Assembly: GCA_030704615.1 (NCBI GenBank)
Contig: CM060733.1
Coordinates: 40,920,001 to 40,984,000 of the forward strand
Direction: 5' to 3'
Length of the DNA: 64,000 nt
DNA from: Takakia lepidozioides
Taxonomy: Eukaryota; Plantae; Bryophyta
How positions within the stretch are numbered: position 1 is the first letter of the stretch; each line of letters begins with the position of its first letter. The position numbers and the translations under genes are program-made. A model generated the notes under the pieces. It worked only from the letters and a program-made list of their open reading frames with translations. It did not search any database and was not told the origin of the DNA. Shown here piece after piece: positions 13,645-26,082 of the stretch.

Positions 13645-14251
13645 CAGTGTTGGTCGGTTCTCCTTTTTTTCAAAGCTCATGAGGTTCAGGTTATACAAGT
13701 TGACTTATGCAGTAATAACCTCCGGTTCCAGGTGAAATATGCACATTGAATGAAGGTTATTTGCAGGTTACGGTTGTGAAAATTTGAACAATATGTGTGG
13801 TCAGGTTATTTGCCGATTCATGATTAAATCATAACCTGCGGTGATATTTCAATTCGGGTCTTTGTTATAACCAAAATATAACCTACCTACCATCGGATAT
13901 AATCGAAGTACCCTAGGCAGGCTGCAAAACCTAGGCCTGCAGAACCTATCGCTCAGGTTCAATGTGCCATTTCAAGTGAAAATAGGACACCAAAAGAAAA
14001 GTACTATTTGCCACGAAACCATAGCTACTATAATCGTTTCCGTCTACTTAAAAGATATCCGGGTCGGTTCTATGTCTTAAGATGCTATTCACTCACAGGT
14101 TCAGGGTGTTTCACCGGGTATTTGAGTTGTCCAGTACCGGCGGTGTTCAGTGTCCATGGTTCTCTTTTATGCTCATAACCTCCGGCTATAGTTACCCTTA
14201 CCTGGCAAATAACCTGTAATTAACCGGGTGGGTCCTTGATAACCGACCAAC
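13645..14251. mobile_element. hAT-type MITE with its right TIR broken by the inversion
   Basis: Left TIR CAGTGTTGGTCGGTT at 13645; right TIR AACCGACCAAC ends at 14251 without ACTG; the missing CAGT and the TSD (GTTAGCAC = revcomp of GTGCTAAC, 13637-13644) are at 11473-11484; many ATAACC/GGTTAT internal motifs. Confidence 0.85.
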
Positions 14252-15330
14252 CCATGTAACCCTCTGTGACCCTCCGTGGCTCTGTAACCCATGTAATCCT
14301 CTGTAACACCGTAGAGTGTCACCCTCACCCCTTATGTAACCCTCACTCCATGTAACCCTCTGTAACCCATGTAACCCTCTGTGACCCTTTGTAACCCTCA
14401 CCACCATGTAACCCTCTGTAACACCGCAGAATGTCACCCTCACCCCTATGTAATCCTCACTCCATGTAACCCTCTCTGACCCTCTGTAACCCTCTGTAAC
14501 CCATGTAACCCTCTGTGACCCTCTATATCCCTCACTAGGTGTAACCCTTACCACCATGTAACCCTCTGTAACACCGCAGAGTATCACCCCCATCCCTATG
14601 CATCCCTCACTCCTTGTAACCCATGTAATCCTCTGTGACCCTGTGTAACCCTCCTGTGACCCTGTGTAACCCATGTAACCCCATGTAACCCTCACTCCAT
14701 GTAACCCTCTCTAACCCTCTGTAACCCATGTAACCCTATGTGACCCTCTATAACCCTCACCAGGTGTAACCTTCACCACCATGTAACCCTCAGTAACCCT
14801 CTGTAACACCGTAGAGTGTCACCCTCACCCCTGTGTAACCTCACTCCATGTAACCCTCTGTGACCCTCTGTAACCCTCACCACCATGTAACCCTCCGTAA
14901 CCTGTTTATCCCTCTGTAACACCGCTGAGTATCACCCTCACCCCATGTAACCCTCCCATGTAACCCTATGTCACCCTCTGTCACCCATGTAACCCCATGA
15001 CCCTTTGTAACCCTTTGTAACCCATGTAACCCTCTGTTACTCCGCGGGGTGTAACCCTCACTCCATGTTATCTTGCATCGTGTAACCCCAATGTAAGCTT
15101 GTATCATGTTATCCCATATACCCCTCTCCGTGTAACTCCAGTTCCTCGTAACCCCATCATCCCTGTAACCCTCTGCACGTCAGCCTTTTAGCTCCGCCTC
15201 GTGTAACCCTCATTGTGCAACTCTCACATTGTAACCCCACCATGTAACCCCGATATTGTATCAATCCCCTCCGTGTAACCCCCGATTGTGTCACTCCGGA
15301 TCCTTTATCCCCAACGCATGTCACCCCTGT
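14252..15330 (-). repeat. Inner part of the left subterminal TGTAACCC array
   Basis: Dense TGTAACCC/TGTCACCC units; the higher-order unit continues almost exactly into 11482 when re-inverted. Confidence 0.9.
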
Positions 15331-15559
15331 TCGTGTAGCCCCTTGGTGCCCGACAAAAATTGGCGGGCTCCAAGAGGTGTCAAATATTTTAAATTCAAAC
15401 CTGGGTTACACGATTCGATGACATCAAAACCCACATGTAACTCCATCATCGCTCGTCATTTTCACCAGGTGCGTAGACAACGTGCAGTCCCGAAGGCTCC
15501 GCTGCGTTGCCCGCGTGTGTTATGCGATTTGTACTGTACTGGTGGTACTGTTGCTGCTA

Positions 15560-17850
15560 ATGGCATGTGCTGCCGCGAAGGTGCTAGACGAGGAACGCAA
15601 AGCAGCATTGGAATCAAATGGTTTGAAAGATGAGGCGGGAGAACTCTGTCATTTGCAGCATTTGGTATCTCATTTGAAATGCATCCTACAGCTGCCCATA
15701 GACGGGCTTTTCAATCACACAAACCTCCGTTGGATACGCCAGGTTTCCCAGGGAAAAGGGAAACGGATATCCATCGAAGTAGCTGTCGTTCCATGGTCTC
15801 GCATTCCTGATTTTCTGGAGGGAGAAAGGAGTAGAGTGGATGGGAAGACCCAATTTTATGTTCAAGATCGAAGGTACCGTGAGTTGCCAGATTTGACAAC
15901 ACCGCGTGCAAACAGTTATCGTCAGTGGCATAAGTAAGTCCGTTATGAGGGTTGTATAACATTCCCAGCCCCACTTCTTTTTGCTGGCCTAGCAAAGTCG
16001 TATATGGCGATAACCCTCCTCGCTTTATATGCTTTTTTTGCAGGTACCACTGCTGCTACGGCCTGATAGATAGGCGCACGGACCCGCCGATTGTGGAGAA
16101 GAAAGAAAAACCGATAGCAGCCTCTGATAATCAAAAACCAGTCAAGCGAATCAGACGTAAGGCAGCGGATTTCGGAGAGTCATACAAACGTGGGTGTACG
16201 TGTAGGTTCAAAGTTGGCCAGTGTTTTCTAAATTCAGAGTTGGCAATCATCACATACTTCCAGAAACAGCATATGGATGCAAAAGGAAAGCCATGTCATG
16301 GTTCAGCTGACCCCTCTTCCCATTTCTCGCGATTCGTGCATGCCCCTCGTCTCAGCCAAGATATGAAACAGTGGATCGTCGATAGTCTTCGCAGTGGCCT
16401 ATCTCCAGCTATGATTATGACACAACACACTCAACAGCTCCAGGAAGCTTGTGCATCTCAGCCAGGCATGGAGTGGAGTCACGATTGTTTCTTGTTCGAG
16501 TACGACGTGAGAAACATTGCCGACAAGCTTGCGATTGAGAGTTACAAAAAACATCCAGATGATGCACAAAGTGTACGTATGTGGGTCGATAGCAATCCTG
16601 AAAGCGTCTTCTTCTACCATGAAGAGACAGCGCCAGTGGCGGGTGATTTGAAGTTCGTAATTGGAATACAAACGGAGTGGCAAAAACAGAAAATGATCGA
16701 CTGGGAACCAACCGTGTGGTATCCTGCGATGCAACATTTGGGACCAACGAAAATAAGGTATTCGTGTCACGCTTTACCTTTCATTACATTTTGAAATGTG
16801 AGTGCCATGCAACTGTTGCCAATATTATAACACTTACCTTATTCATTTTTGTACCATTGCGACATTGCAGTTCCCAATGTATACCATGATGGTATTCGAC
16901 GAATGGCTTAACGGCATACATGTTGCTTATATTATATCAGCGAGAAACAAAACGACTGACTTGAGCCCCTAGATGAAACGTCTTCGCGACCGACTTCTTC
17001 AGAGCAAAACCAGATTGGAGGCCAAATGCTTTTGTTGTCGACGATGCAGACGCAGAAATCAATGCTATCAGGTACACGGCTAGAAGTTACAATGTTCTGA
17101 GTCACACAGTAATTCACACTACAAGTTGCATGCTCGAGGGGTTTCATGGATCGGGCTACACTGCTGCTAGTTACACTGAGAATCACAGTAAGAGTTAAAC
17201 TGCCAATTACACGAGGGGGTGCATTGCTGCCTATAACACTTGGAGTTACACTGTCAGTTGCTTGAGGGGTTACATGGATTGGGTTGCAGTGCTGTCTGTT
17301 ACACTGAGGGTTACACTATCAGTTAGACAGATGGTTATACTGCCTTGAGTTGGACGGAGGGTTACACTGCTGTGAGTTAGACCGAGGGTTACACTGCTAT
17401 GAGGTAGACAGAGGGTTACACTGCGAGTTACACGGCGTGTCATCCGCAGTCCTGCATGGATTAGGTTGCACTGATATAGCCGTGAGTTACACTAGGAGCA
17501 TCGCAGAGGGTTGTATGGATTGGGTCGCTCTGAGAGTTACACGGTGTAACATGGATTGCGTTACAGCGCTACGAGGGGTTATATGTGTTGGGTTACACTG
17601 CTGTGAGTTTCACTGATAGTTACATGACCAGATGCACGAGGGGTTACATGAGTCACACTACTAAGAGTGACACTTTGAAGAGTTACACTTCTACGAGTTA
17701 CACTGCGAAGAGTTCCTCTGATAAGAGTTACACTGATGGATTGGGTGGCATTTGATGTGTGTGCGTGCAGGGAATCGTTTGGGGACGTAGCGATATTTCT
17801 ATGCCTTTGGCATGTTCGCCGCGCTTGGCTGAAACATTCGTGGCGTAAGA
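15560..17850 (+). pseudogene. MULE-type DDE transposase (At1g60560/At4g13970 SWIM-family-like); exons ~15560-15933, 16044-16757, 16871-17071, 17771-17850
   Basis: VAVVPWSRIPDFLEGE, KRGCTCRF, CHG, APRLS, DDAQSVRMWV, FVIGIQTEWQ, DATFGTN, AFVVDDADAEINAI, FLCLWHVRRAW; frameshift ~16700, TAG ~16970, C-terminal SWIM part absent. Confidence 0.85.
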
Positions 17851-20573
17851 TGCCCGATCCATTGTTATTCACTTTGCCATTCCATCCACATTCAACCTAT
17901 GTAACCCACTCAATGGGACACCCATGGGCCGGGGTGACACACCGCAGGGTTACACCGTCTGGGTTTCATAACGTAACATAGCTCTACTTAGTGTAACTCG
18001 CATCTGTGGTACTCCACACAATGTAACACAGATGAGTGTGAACCTCTTCAGTGTAACTCATTGTGGTGTAACTCCAAGTGTAACTGCAATGTAACTATCA
18101 ACAATGTAACCCAGTATGTAACCCCATAGAATATTGCTGTCAGTGGTGTAACTCTGAGAATTATAAGTCGATGACTACAATGTGACTACAGGGTCTGGGT
18201 TAGTCTGCCGGGGTTACATGACCCTTCAATACAGAGTGGGAAGATGCTGAAGTCGAGCACCTTTAGTCACCAACACTAGCCCCTGTATGTGTAACCCCTC
18301 TATGTGTAACCCAATTTGTGTGTAACCCATGGACGTGTAATCCATGAGATAGATAATCATTCCGTTCAACCTATGTTATGGACCAATGTAGCCCTCCGGA
18401 GTGTAACTTGTTGTTGTGTAACCCCAAGAAGTATGTATCCGACCACATGTAACCCCCATTGATGTCACCCCATCGCATGTAACCCATTGTACAATTTGGG
18501 GTGCACGCTATAAACCCTGATGCTACATCACCCCATCTTATGTATCCCCACAACACGTAGCCCTTGTATAGGCAACCCTGCCCACTTTCATTGTGCACAG
18601 TGTGACTTAGAACTGTGTAACCCTCTTGAGTGAGTGTAACCCAGAGTGTTGTAACTCCAAGAAGTATGTAGCCCGACCAGATGTTACCCCCACACTATTG
18701 TGACCCCATCGTATGTAACCCATTGTACATAGCCCTCATGTACATAACCCCATGTAGTATAAATCTGAGAACTTCAGTGCACAAACACTTCAGTGCGAAA
18801 AAAAATAAAAAATAAAACAAATGCGCATAGTCGAGGTGGGGTTACATGCCACGAAAGTATATTGTTTCAGCAACGTGACCCTGACATAGCCAGGAAGGCC
18901 CAACCATGTAACCCTAGGCCCATTGTATGTAACCCATAAGTGTAACCCCACGTTGTGAGACCCGGCATGGTGTAACCCATCACTTATGTGTGAACCCACA
19001 GAGTGTAAGCCCATTGCCCCAGGGCCCAAAGGTGTACCCAAGTACTTGTCTATGATTCCACTTCATGTAACCTTATAAGGTGTAACCCCATGTAAGCCCA
19101 TTGCATGAAACCCAAACTGTGAAGTGTTATGAACAAACCACATAGAAGCAAAAATGCATCAAGAGACGCTATTTATTTCTTTGGCCATCTGACCAAGACT
19201 TTGTCCATCTCGTCACACAGCCAACTAATCATATGAGTACGGGAAGCTATCATGGTTGACTCGTTGAACCAACTTGCAGTAAACGCCCGCCTATGACGGG
19301 TTCGATCTTCTGTGGTTTTCACATTGAACTTCCACTCCAAGTAAAATTGCACAAAACAAAGTGCATAATAGCCGCACTCCCAACAGCTCCGTTGCTGGGG
19401 GACACTGGCCTCAAACCATTCCATCATCTCCATGACGTAACTGAAGTCATCAGATCCAGGCATGAAATCAAAGAACGCTATGGCAAAATTTCGCAAAATT
19501 CCTTCAATGAGTTTGGGTCGGGCAATGGTTTTATGGGAGTCCAAATGTACTATCCAACCTCAGCGCTCTAAAACAGCAACACTTCAGTGATCACTGCAAC
19601 ACAAACAAAGCCGTTACATCAAAATAGAAAAAAACATCTCCAACGAAACCCATTGTGGTGTAACCCAGTAGTGTAACCCTTTGTACTGTAACTCTAAACG
19701 GTGTTACACAACTAGTTAGCAGTCACTAGTGCAACTCAGTCTAGAATAGAGGAGTGTAACCCAACATGCTCAGTCAACGCTGAAATTACTTACTCGAAGA
19801 CAATAGGGATGACAACCACGTCCACAAGATCTCGAATCTGTGTGAACCCCATCCCTCGGGCATCCTGAGTGTACCATTCTTGCACCAACCCGAATAGCGT
19901 CTGCAGATCGTTACCATTGGTACGCATGACATGCCATTGGAAAGGAGCACAGATGACAAACTCAAGTGCGATAGCCTTAAACAATTTGGCCTCCAGAAGT
20001 TTGTTGTAACCCGAGAGCAATGCATCTGTGACAGTTGCTCTTATTTTATACATCGGCTCAAAATCTGTCTCTTCCAAGTAAAACTGTAACGGACTAGAAG
20101 CCAGGAAGGCATCGCCATAATAAAATTTCACTTTGGGCGCCCCAGGAGGGTCTGACACCATTCTGAACTTTGTCAAGTACCGTTGTTTTAGTCTGCACAA
20201 CAAACTGCACATTACGAACATTACGATGCATCATACAAGAGTTATAATCAATATTCAAAATCAGAGATGATCAAAGTACCTGGGGGGTGCACTCTTTATA
20301 AACTGTGCGTATCACGTGCGTTCGTCGCCTAATAAAAAAACCCCCTGTATACGGGTCCTTGGATAATTTATACCCCCTCTGTACATATTTTTTGAAGATT
20401 ATAAAACCTCCTCCTGTAAATATACAAAAATTTACAATTTTTTAAAAAGTACCCCCTTCTGTATGTATATTCTCATTTTCCATCATTAAAAATAACCCTC
20501 CAATATGTATATGTATGTTTTTATATTATATCCAATTTATTCATTTAAAACATAATAAAATATAACAAATTAA

Positions 20574-23500
20574 TTAAAAAAAATTGCCTTTGATAAAGTT
20601 GTCAAAGACTTTTCGGTCATTTGCATCAAGTACATATGTGTTTGACTTGACATTGTACTTTAAACATGCTAACGCGATAATGGAATCCAAATCAACCATC
20701 ATGTTATCTGTCAAATCGTACGTATAGACCCCTCCTCGAATTTTTTGGTACCATGCTAACTCAATCTCCATATGAGAAGGACGCTCCAATAAATCAACAG
20801 AATCCCTACATTCTACAAACCGCTTATTGATTTTCTTCCGCATTCTTTGAACCCTGCCCAAATACCAAGTGTCTTTGGTTGCTCCTCTGCAGGTTTTCCC
20901 TGGTCTGCCTTTCCTGTTTGTAGTTTGGATCGCAGTCTCCTCATCAACAAAAAATACAGCACAATCCGAACCCAATCCCAAGCTCGTGGCTTTGTTGCTG
21001 GTAGTTGGTTTGTTTTCTCGGCAAAACAACATCGATGCACTTCTTACTCGTGTTAATCTATCCTTGGATAGAGTAGGGTTGCCATTGAGTTGGCTAACCA
21101 AAGTGCTTTTGAATATGGTCTTCCCGTCTACTTTGACAAATGGAACCACCGCCTTCGGTCCATCTTTCTCTTGTTCAAACTCATCAATGACAGCATCCAG
21201 AGTATGTCTCAATTCACTCTGAATAAGTACCTCTTCCGCATGATCATCCAAAGGTTGGCTCAAAACATCCTCCATTGAATTCGAAGGCCCGCACACCAAT
21301 TCATCTTCCACGACCTCATTTTGAATATGTGTGTCTGCATTAAGAGGACAAATAGAATCTATGGCATCGACATCATCACCCTCATCTTCCATGCTTTTGA
21401 ATAGCTCGGCCTCCATTTGTCTCTCAATTGTCCATGGCTCATTCCACCAATCCAAGTTTGTCGCTTTGTTTGGTTTCATCCCAAGTTTATGGCATAAAAG
21501 TTGCGCTTCTAGAAATCCAGTTTTCAAAGCCTCCATAATGCAATCATCCGATTGGACAGTAGAAAAGTCGGACAAATCAGCAAGGGGGATACCTGGCTTC
21601 TTCTCCAAAGAAAACCAAATGTGTTCTTGTTTCTTGTGAGCTCTTGAGAACTTGGGTCCTTTTGGATTCACCTCGAACTCGGATATGCGTGTTAATGCTC
21701 CCGCACTCTTAATCAAATCACACCCGTCATATGTCCTCTCATTCCATAACATACCTCCCACTTTGCTGAAGAATATTTTCACACACATCTGAACCAACAA
21801 GGCTCAAAGGAACTTGCACATGATTAAACTTATCCTTGAACAATTTGATAAGTCGAACCACGTAGTGGCATGAAATTTGTAAATCCAAGTATGTTTCCCT
21901 GCTAATGAAGAAGGATTTCAGATTATACACCTCGTGGTGGAATAATCACAACTTCCACAATCTGAAATACCTTCGCAGTAGATTGTACCCTCTCACACAA
22001 TGACATATAAGGAGACAAAAAAATGTCGATGTAGCATGAAATGATGTATAGGTAAATTTCAGTACCTTTGGTCCTCTCCCTTCGATGATTCACAGTTGAT
22101 TATAACTCCCTCAAACAAGCTTGCACCTTCCGAGATGCCAGTCGTTGAGCTGCTGCCCAATTCTGCCGATCTTCTCTTTTGATATCACATTCCCGAAGTC
22201 CATGCTTGTCCACTGAAAATGAATGGTAGACCAATAACACATGGTTCAATGTAGCAACCTCATCACCCAACACCAAAGTCCGTGATGCACTGTCCAAGGG
22301 ATTTACCAATTTTTTCCCATTGTGGATGAAGTCCTGATCATGGAGTCCGTATATATCTCCCCCGTTGCACACTCGACCTGTAAACTACCATCCTTTCCAA
22401 GGGATGCAAAATCTACTTCCAGCCCCATTGGCATAATCTTCTAACATCATTTTTCTCCTCCTACTATCTCCGTCTGAAGCATGCCCAATTATAGGCCCAA
22501 CCACGTCCCTCACATATTTGTCCCACAACTGTCTCACCACTTCCCATTGTGATCTCACAAAATTGTTGTCAAATCTGTTACAAGTGAGCTGGATTACCAA
22601 TACCAATCGAGGTAATCGTACATGTAGAGGATTTGCTATCAACACTCTGGCGTAATGGGCAACCACATTGTTTTTGAATGCCTCCACAATATGTTCGTAC
22701 CCTGATTCCCCTTCTCCCACTTGCACCACAAAATTTGAAATACATACATGGTTGTCTTGAAGCCCACAGAACCCGAGAAGGGTGTCATCCCTAGCAATCC
22801 AACGTACCAATAGCTTCACAACAGTTTCATCTTCGGCCACCATCACTGGGATGCTTCCCATTGGAATATTTGCATCTTCCATCACATCTTTGTAAATTCC
22901 AGCCACATGCTGAAATATATCATCCCTTTCTCCCGCTCTGTACTTCAAACCTTTCCTCAAAGACCATCTTGTAGTATCAATAGAAGGACCCCCCACATTT
23001 GAAGCCAAAAAATGATGCAATCTCGGACCCCCCCCAAAGCTGCACAGTCTCAAACATTGTTTTTGTGCTAGTACCATACCTCTTCCCTTGTGGAGACCTG
23101 TCAATATTCTTGCCCATATCAACAAGAAAATCCCACAAACTTTCTTTTCCTTCAAAATCCCCCCTCCTATGTGCATCAACAATATCACGACAAAATTTGA
23201 GAACATCTCCTCTTTCAATTGCCTCAATCCCAGACTCCTTCAAACTCCTACATCGCACAGACAAGGATGTCACTTTGGTCCTGGCCTCCCACAATTTGAA
23301 CCTCAACTGTCTCAACTCCTGTCTGTTTTTGTAAATTTGTTTGACAATCTCGGCATTTCCAAGATATGACAACCTTCTTCCCTTGCCAGTATCTCTCTCC
23401 CCTCTACATTCCATGGCACCTCTTTATCTATATACCCTCATTCTGAAGTCATTTTCCAAGGGAATGGAAGAACATGCTGAACATCTCAAGTTTGGAAATG

Positions 23501-24990
23501 GCTCCCCATCTAATGACACTCTAAAACAATCCGCGCGCCGAAACGTACCAACAACCTTATGCTCTTGATTGGTTAGAGTGATGGTTGCATTTGTCAATGG
23601 CTCGGCATACCACTTCTTTCCTCCCTTGCTATCTTGAAGGAATGGTTTCAGACTTATTCTCTGCTGGTTGTACTCCCACCATTCATCCCATAGGCCCCAA
23701 CACAAACTGTCTCTTCTTTTGTTGCATTGGGACCTTTGCTGTAATTGTCAATCCTCGATCAGATCTGCCCGTTGGGCAGCGTCAACAAATGTATGGAGTT
23801 TGTGACGAGGATGCTCCCATTGTTGATGCCATAATTGGATTGTCAAGTGGTGGGGACGGCAACACAGGTTGACTGACCAAGAAAGAGCTTAGATCCCGTT
23901 GCTTTACATCTTTGGCAATCATAGGCTTTGGAGGCCTTCCTCTCTTTTTGCACAGTCCTTCACTACTTCCAACCTTCTGGCAAATCTCTGCATCGACATG
24001 AGTGTTTCCTTTCACATGCTCTGTCAAAGAAGATTGCAAAGAACCTGTCCTTGGAAACAAGAGTAGCCACTTTGAATCAAGTGGGCACCTAATCCTTATG
24101 GAACCCAATTGCGAATAGTCTCCAATTGTGGCTTCCACAATCTCAAATCTGTTTCCAGGATTGTCCTCACAAAACCGAGCGACTTCCTCTAATGCCTCCT
24201 TCACCCTATTCTTCTTTGCATCTAATGCTTCATCTGCATTTACAGGGCTGATGACACATTGTGATGAACCCTTCCCATGACGCCTCTCATAGGCTATGCG
24301 ATACCCCTCACTCCTCAAATGAGATCTCATAAAGTTTGCACATGCATCATATGGTTTGTTTTTCCCAGACCGTGCATAAACATCCTCACACTCAACACAC
24401 CATATGTGGAACATTGCTTGTCCTTGTTGATCCTTTGTCATCAGCTCAAACTTGTCACATCGTCCTTCTGCAGAGATTTCCTTTCAACGGCTCTAATCTC
24501 TTTCTGCCATTTTTGAATATCGTTGGATGTAGCCAACGTGCTGCACAATCTACCAGATCTCTGCTGAAGTGCATGCTCATGTGCATGGTCTTCATTTCCA
24601 CCATCGCTAGCAAAGGGTGTATCAGGGTCCATCCTCATCTTGGTAGACACTGGTGCCGGGTCCTCGCCTGGTCTGTCCTCATGCAAGAACCACTGGAAGA
24701 TAGAGGTTTTTTCAATCCTTGGTCCCCATCATTTTGGTCTGAAATCTTAATGTGTACAGTATCCCCTTTCAGAACCATCCTCTCTTCTTGCTTGGCTGAA
24801 AGGACACTACCCCCCTTGGAAAGGAAATGAAAGTTTGCTGAGACAAGCTCATCACCTATAATTTCTGCTCGGATGCATTTGTATGTGACACCTTGCATAG
24901 TGAACACAGAACCAAGCCTGTTTGGTGATGCATCTCCTCCAACGAGCAAGACTTTTACTTCCAACTCTTCTTCCATGATGAGTTCACCTG
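20574..24990 (-). pseudogene. P-element-superfamily transposase, frameshifted
   Basis: AEDETVV..GFCG, GHASDGDSRRRK, DQDFIHNGKKLVN, DRQNWAAAQRL, GSDVCEN.FSKVGG follow the P transposase DE / D / DxxH..K / D..N...A / D..ENFF pattern; N-terminal Zn-finger-like motifs and an AT-hook (KRGRPPK). Confidence 0.75.
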
Positions 24991-25339
24991 CAAAATGCAA
25001 TGAAAACATTTCAAATCAGACCTTGATAGACCAATAACAAAGCACTCGGGTTGGAAGGTTCCAAGTCCTGTTTTATACAACCCTATAGGCTGTCCCAGCA
25101 GGGACTACGTTGATAAGAGGATGAAATGTATACAGAAGCAAGTACCTGATTGATGAGTTTGACGTTGCTAATTCTTGCTGCTGCTATTGACCAAATGCTG
25201 CTACTTCCACTGCTGGTAGCTCTCTTGGGTGATCCTGAACCCACAGTCCATCCTTGCATCAGCGGCTACCCCGGAATGGGATGCACATAATTGGGATGCA
25301 CATATCCGGAAAGTTGTTCAAACTGGCAAGGGCAAAGCT

Positions 25340-25890
25340 CTGCCAATCACTAAATGTAGCCACTGCAGAGGGGTCAACTCTGAGGTTAAGAAAACCATGC
25401 TTTCTCGCGTTATTAGACCTGCCTTGGAGTACGGATCTGCTATATGGGTTGATAACTCCAACCAGGCTAAGTCTCTAGAATCCATTCAAGTGGGGGTGCT
25501 TAAGGAGTGTATGTCAGCATGCTCCAAAACAACCAATGTGGCTGTTCGGGGTGAGTTTGGCATTCCATCCTTAAGCTCCCGACGAGATGAATTCACACTC
25601 AGATGGTGGGGTCAGCTGCAACATATGCCTTATTTCGGAAATCCTAAGTTAATCGATTCTATATCTTGGAAACATGACCACCCTGTCAAACAGGCGAAGT
25701 CCTGGCAGAAGAGAGTAGAAAAGATTCTCAAGGACCTGGACCTGGATCCGCAAGTCTTGACCCTGCTGGATAAATCTGACTTAGAGGCTGTAGTGTCTGA
25801 AGCCATGTATGTTGCCATGAGATTGTCTGATGAAAATGAAGTTAGGCAGAGAACTTCCCTAAACTTGTTCCAGTCAGTGACATGGGGGTG
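25340..25890 (+). mobile_element. LINE (non-LTR) post-RT fragment inside the P-like element
   Basis: VIRPALEYGSAIW...LESIQ..LK..SACSKTTNVAVRGEFGIPSLSSRR..LRWWG. Confidence 0.75.
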
Positions 25891-26082
25891 GACATCTTGG
25901 ATGACCTCAAGGGTCATCTCCATGCAAATGTTGTTAGCATTTCTAAATGACAATATGGCTGACTTCTCTTCATTACGATCCTGCAGCACCCTAGCAAAAT
26001 CAATGATTCACATTTATCTGTAGAAAGAAGCAAAATTCGAACCCTAACACAGCATGAGTGAGAACATGGGCCAACTAAAACC

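Noticed and set aside
11485-15330. GGGTTACA arrays as an interstitial telomere or telomere fusion
   Set aside because: They resemble fission-yeast GGTTACA but not plant TTTAGGG; they lie inside TIRs bounded by a TSD, and the opposite orientation is explained by the inversion
15560-17850. Domesticated host SWIM gene or Zisupton/KDZ transposase
   Set aside because: It lies within TIRs with a 9-bp TSD, is disrupted, and shows MULE-type motifs without CxC/KDZ signatures
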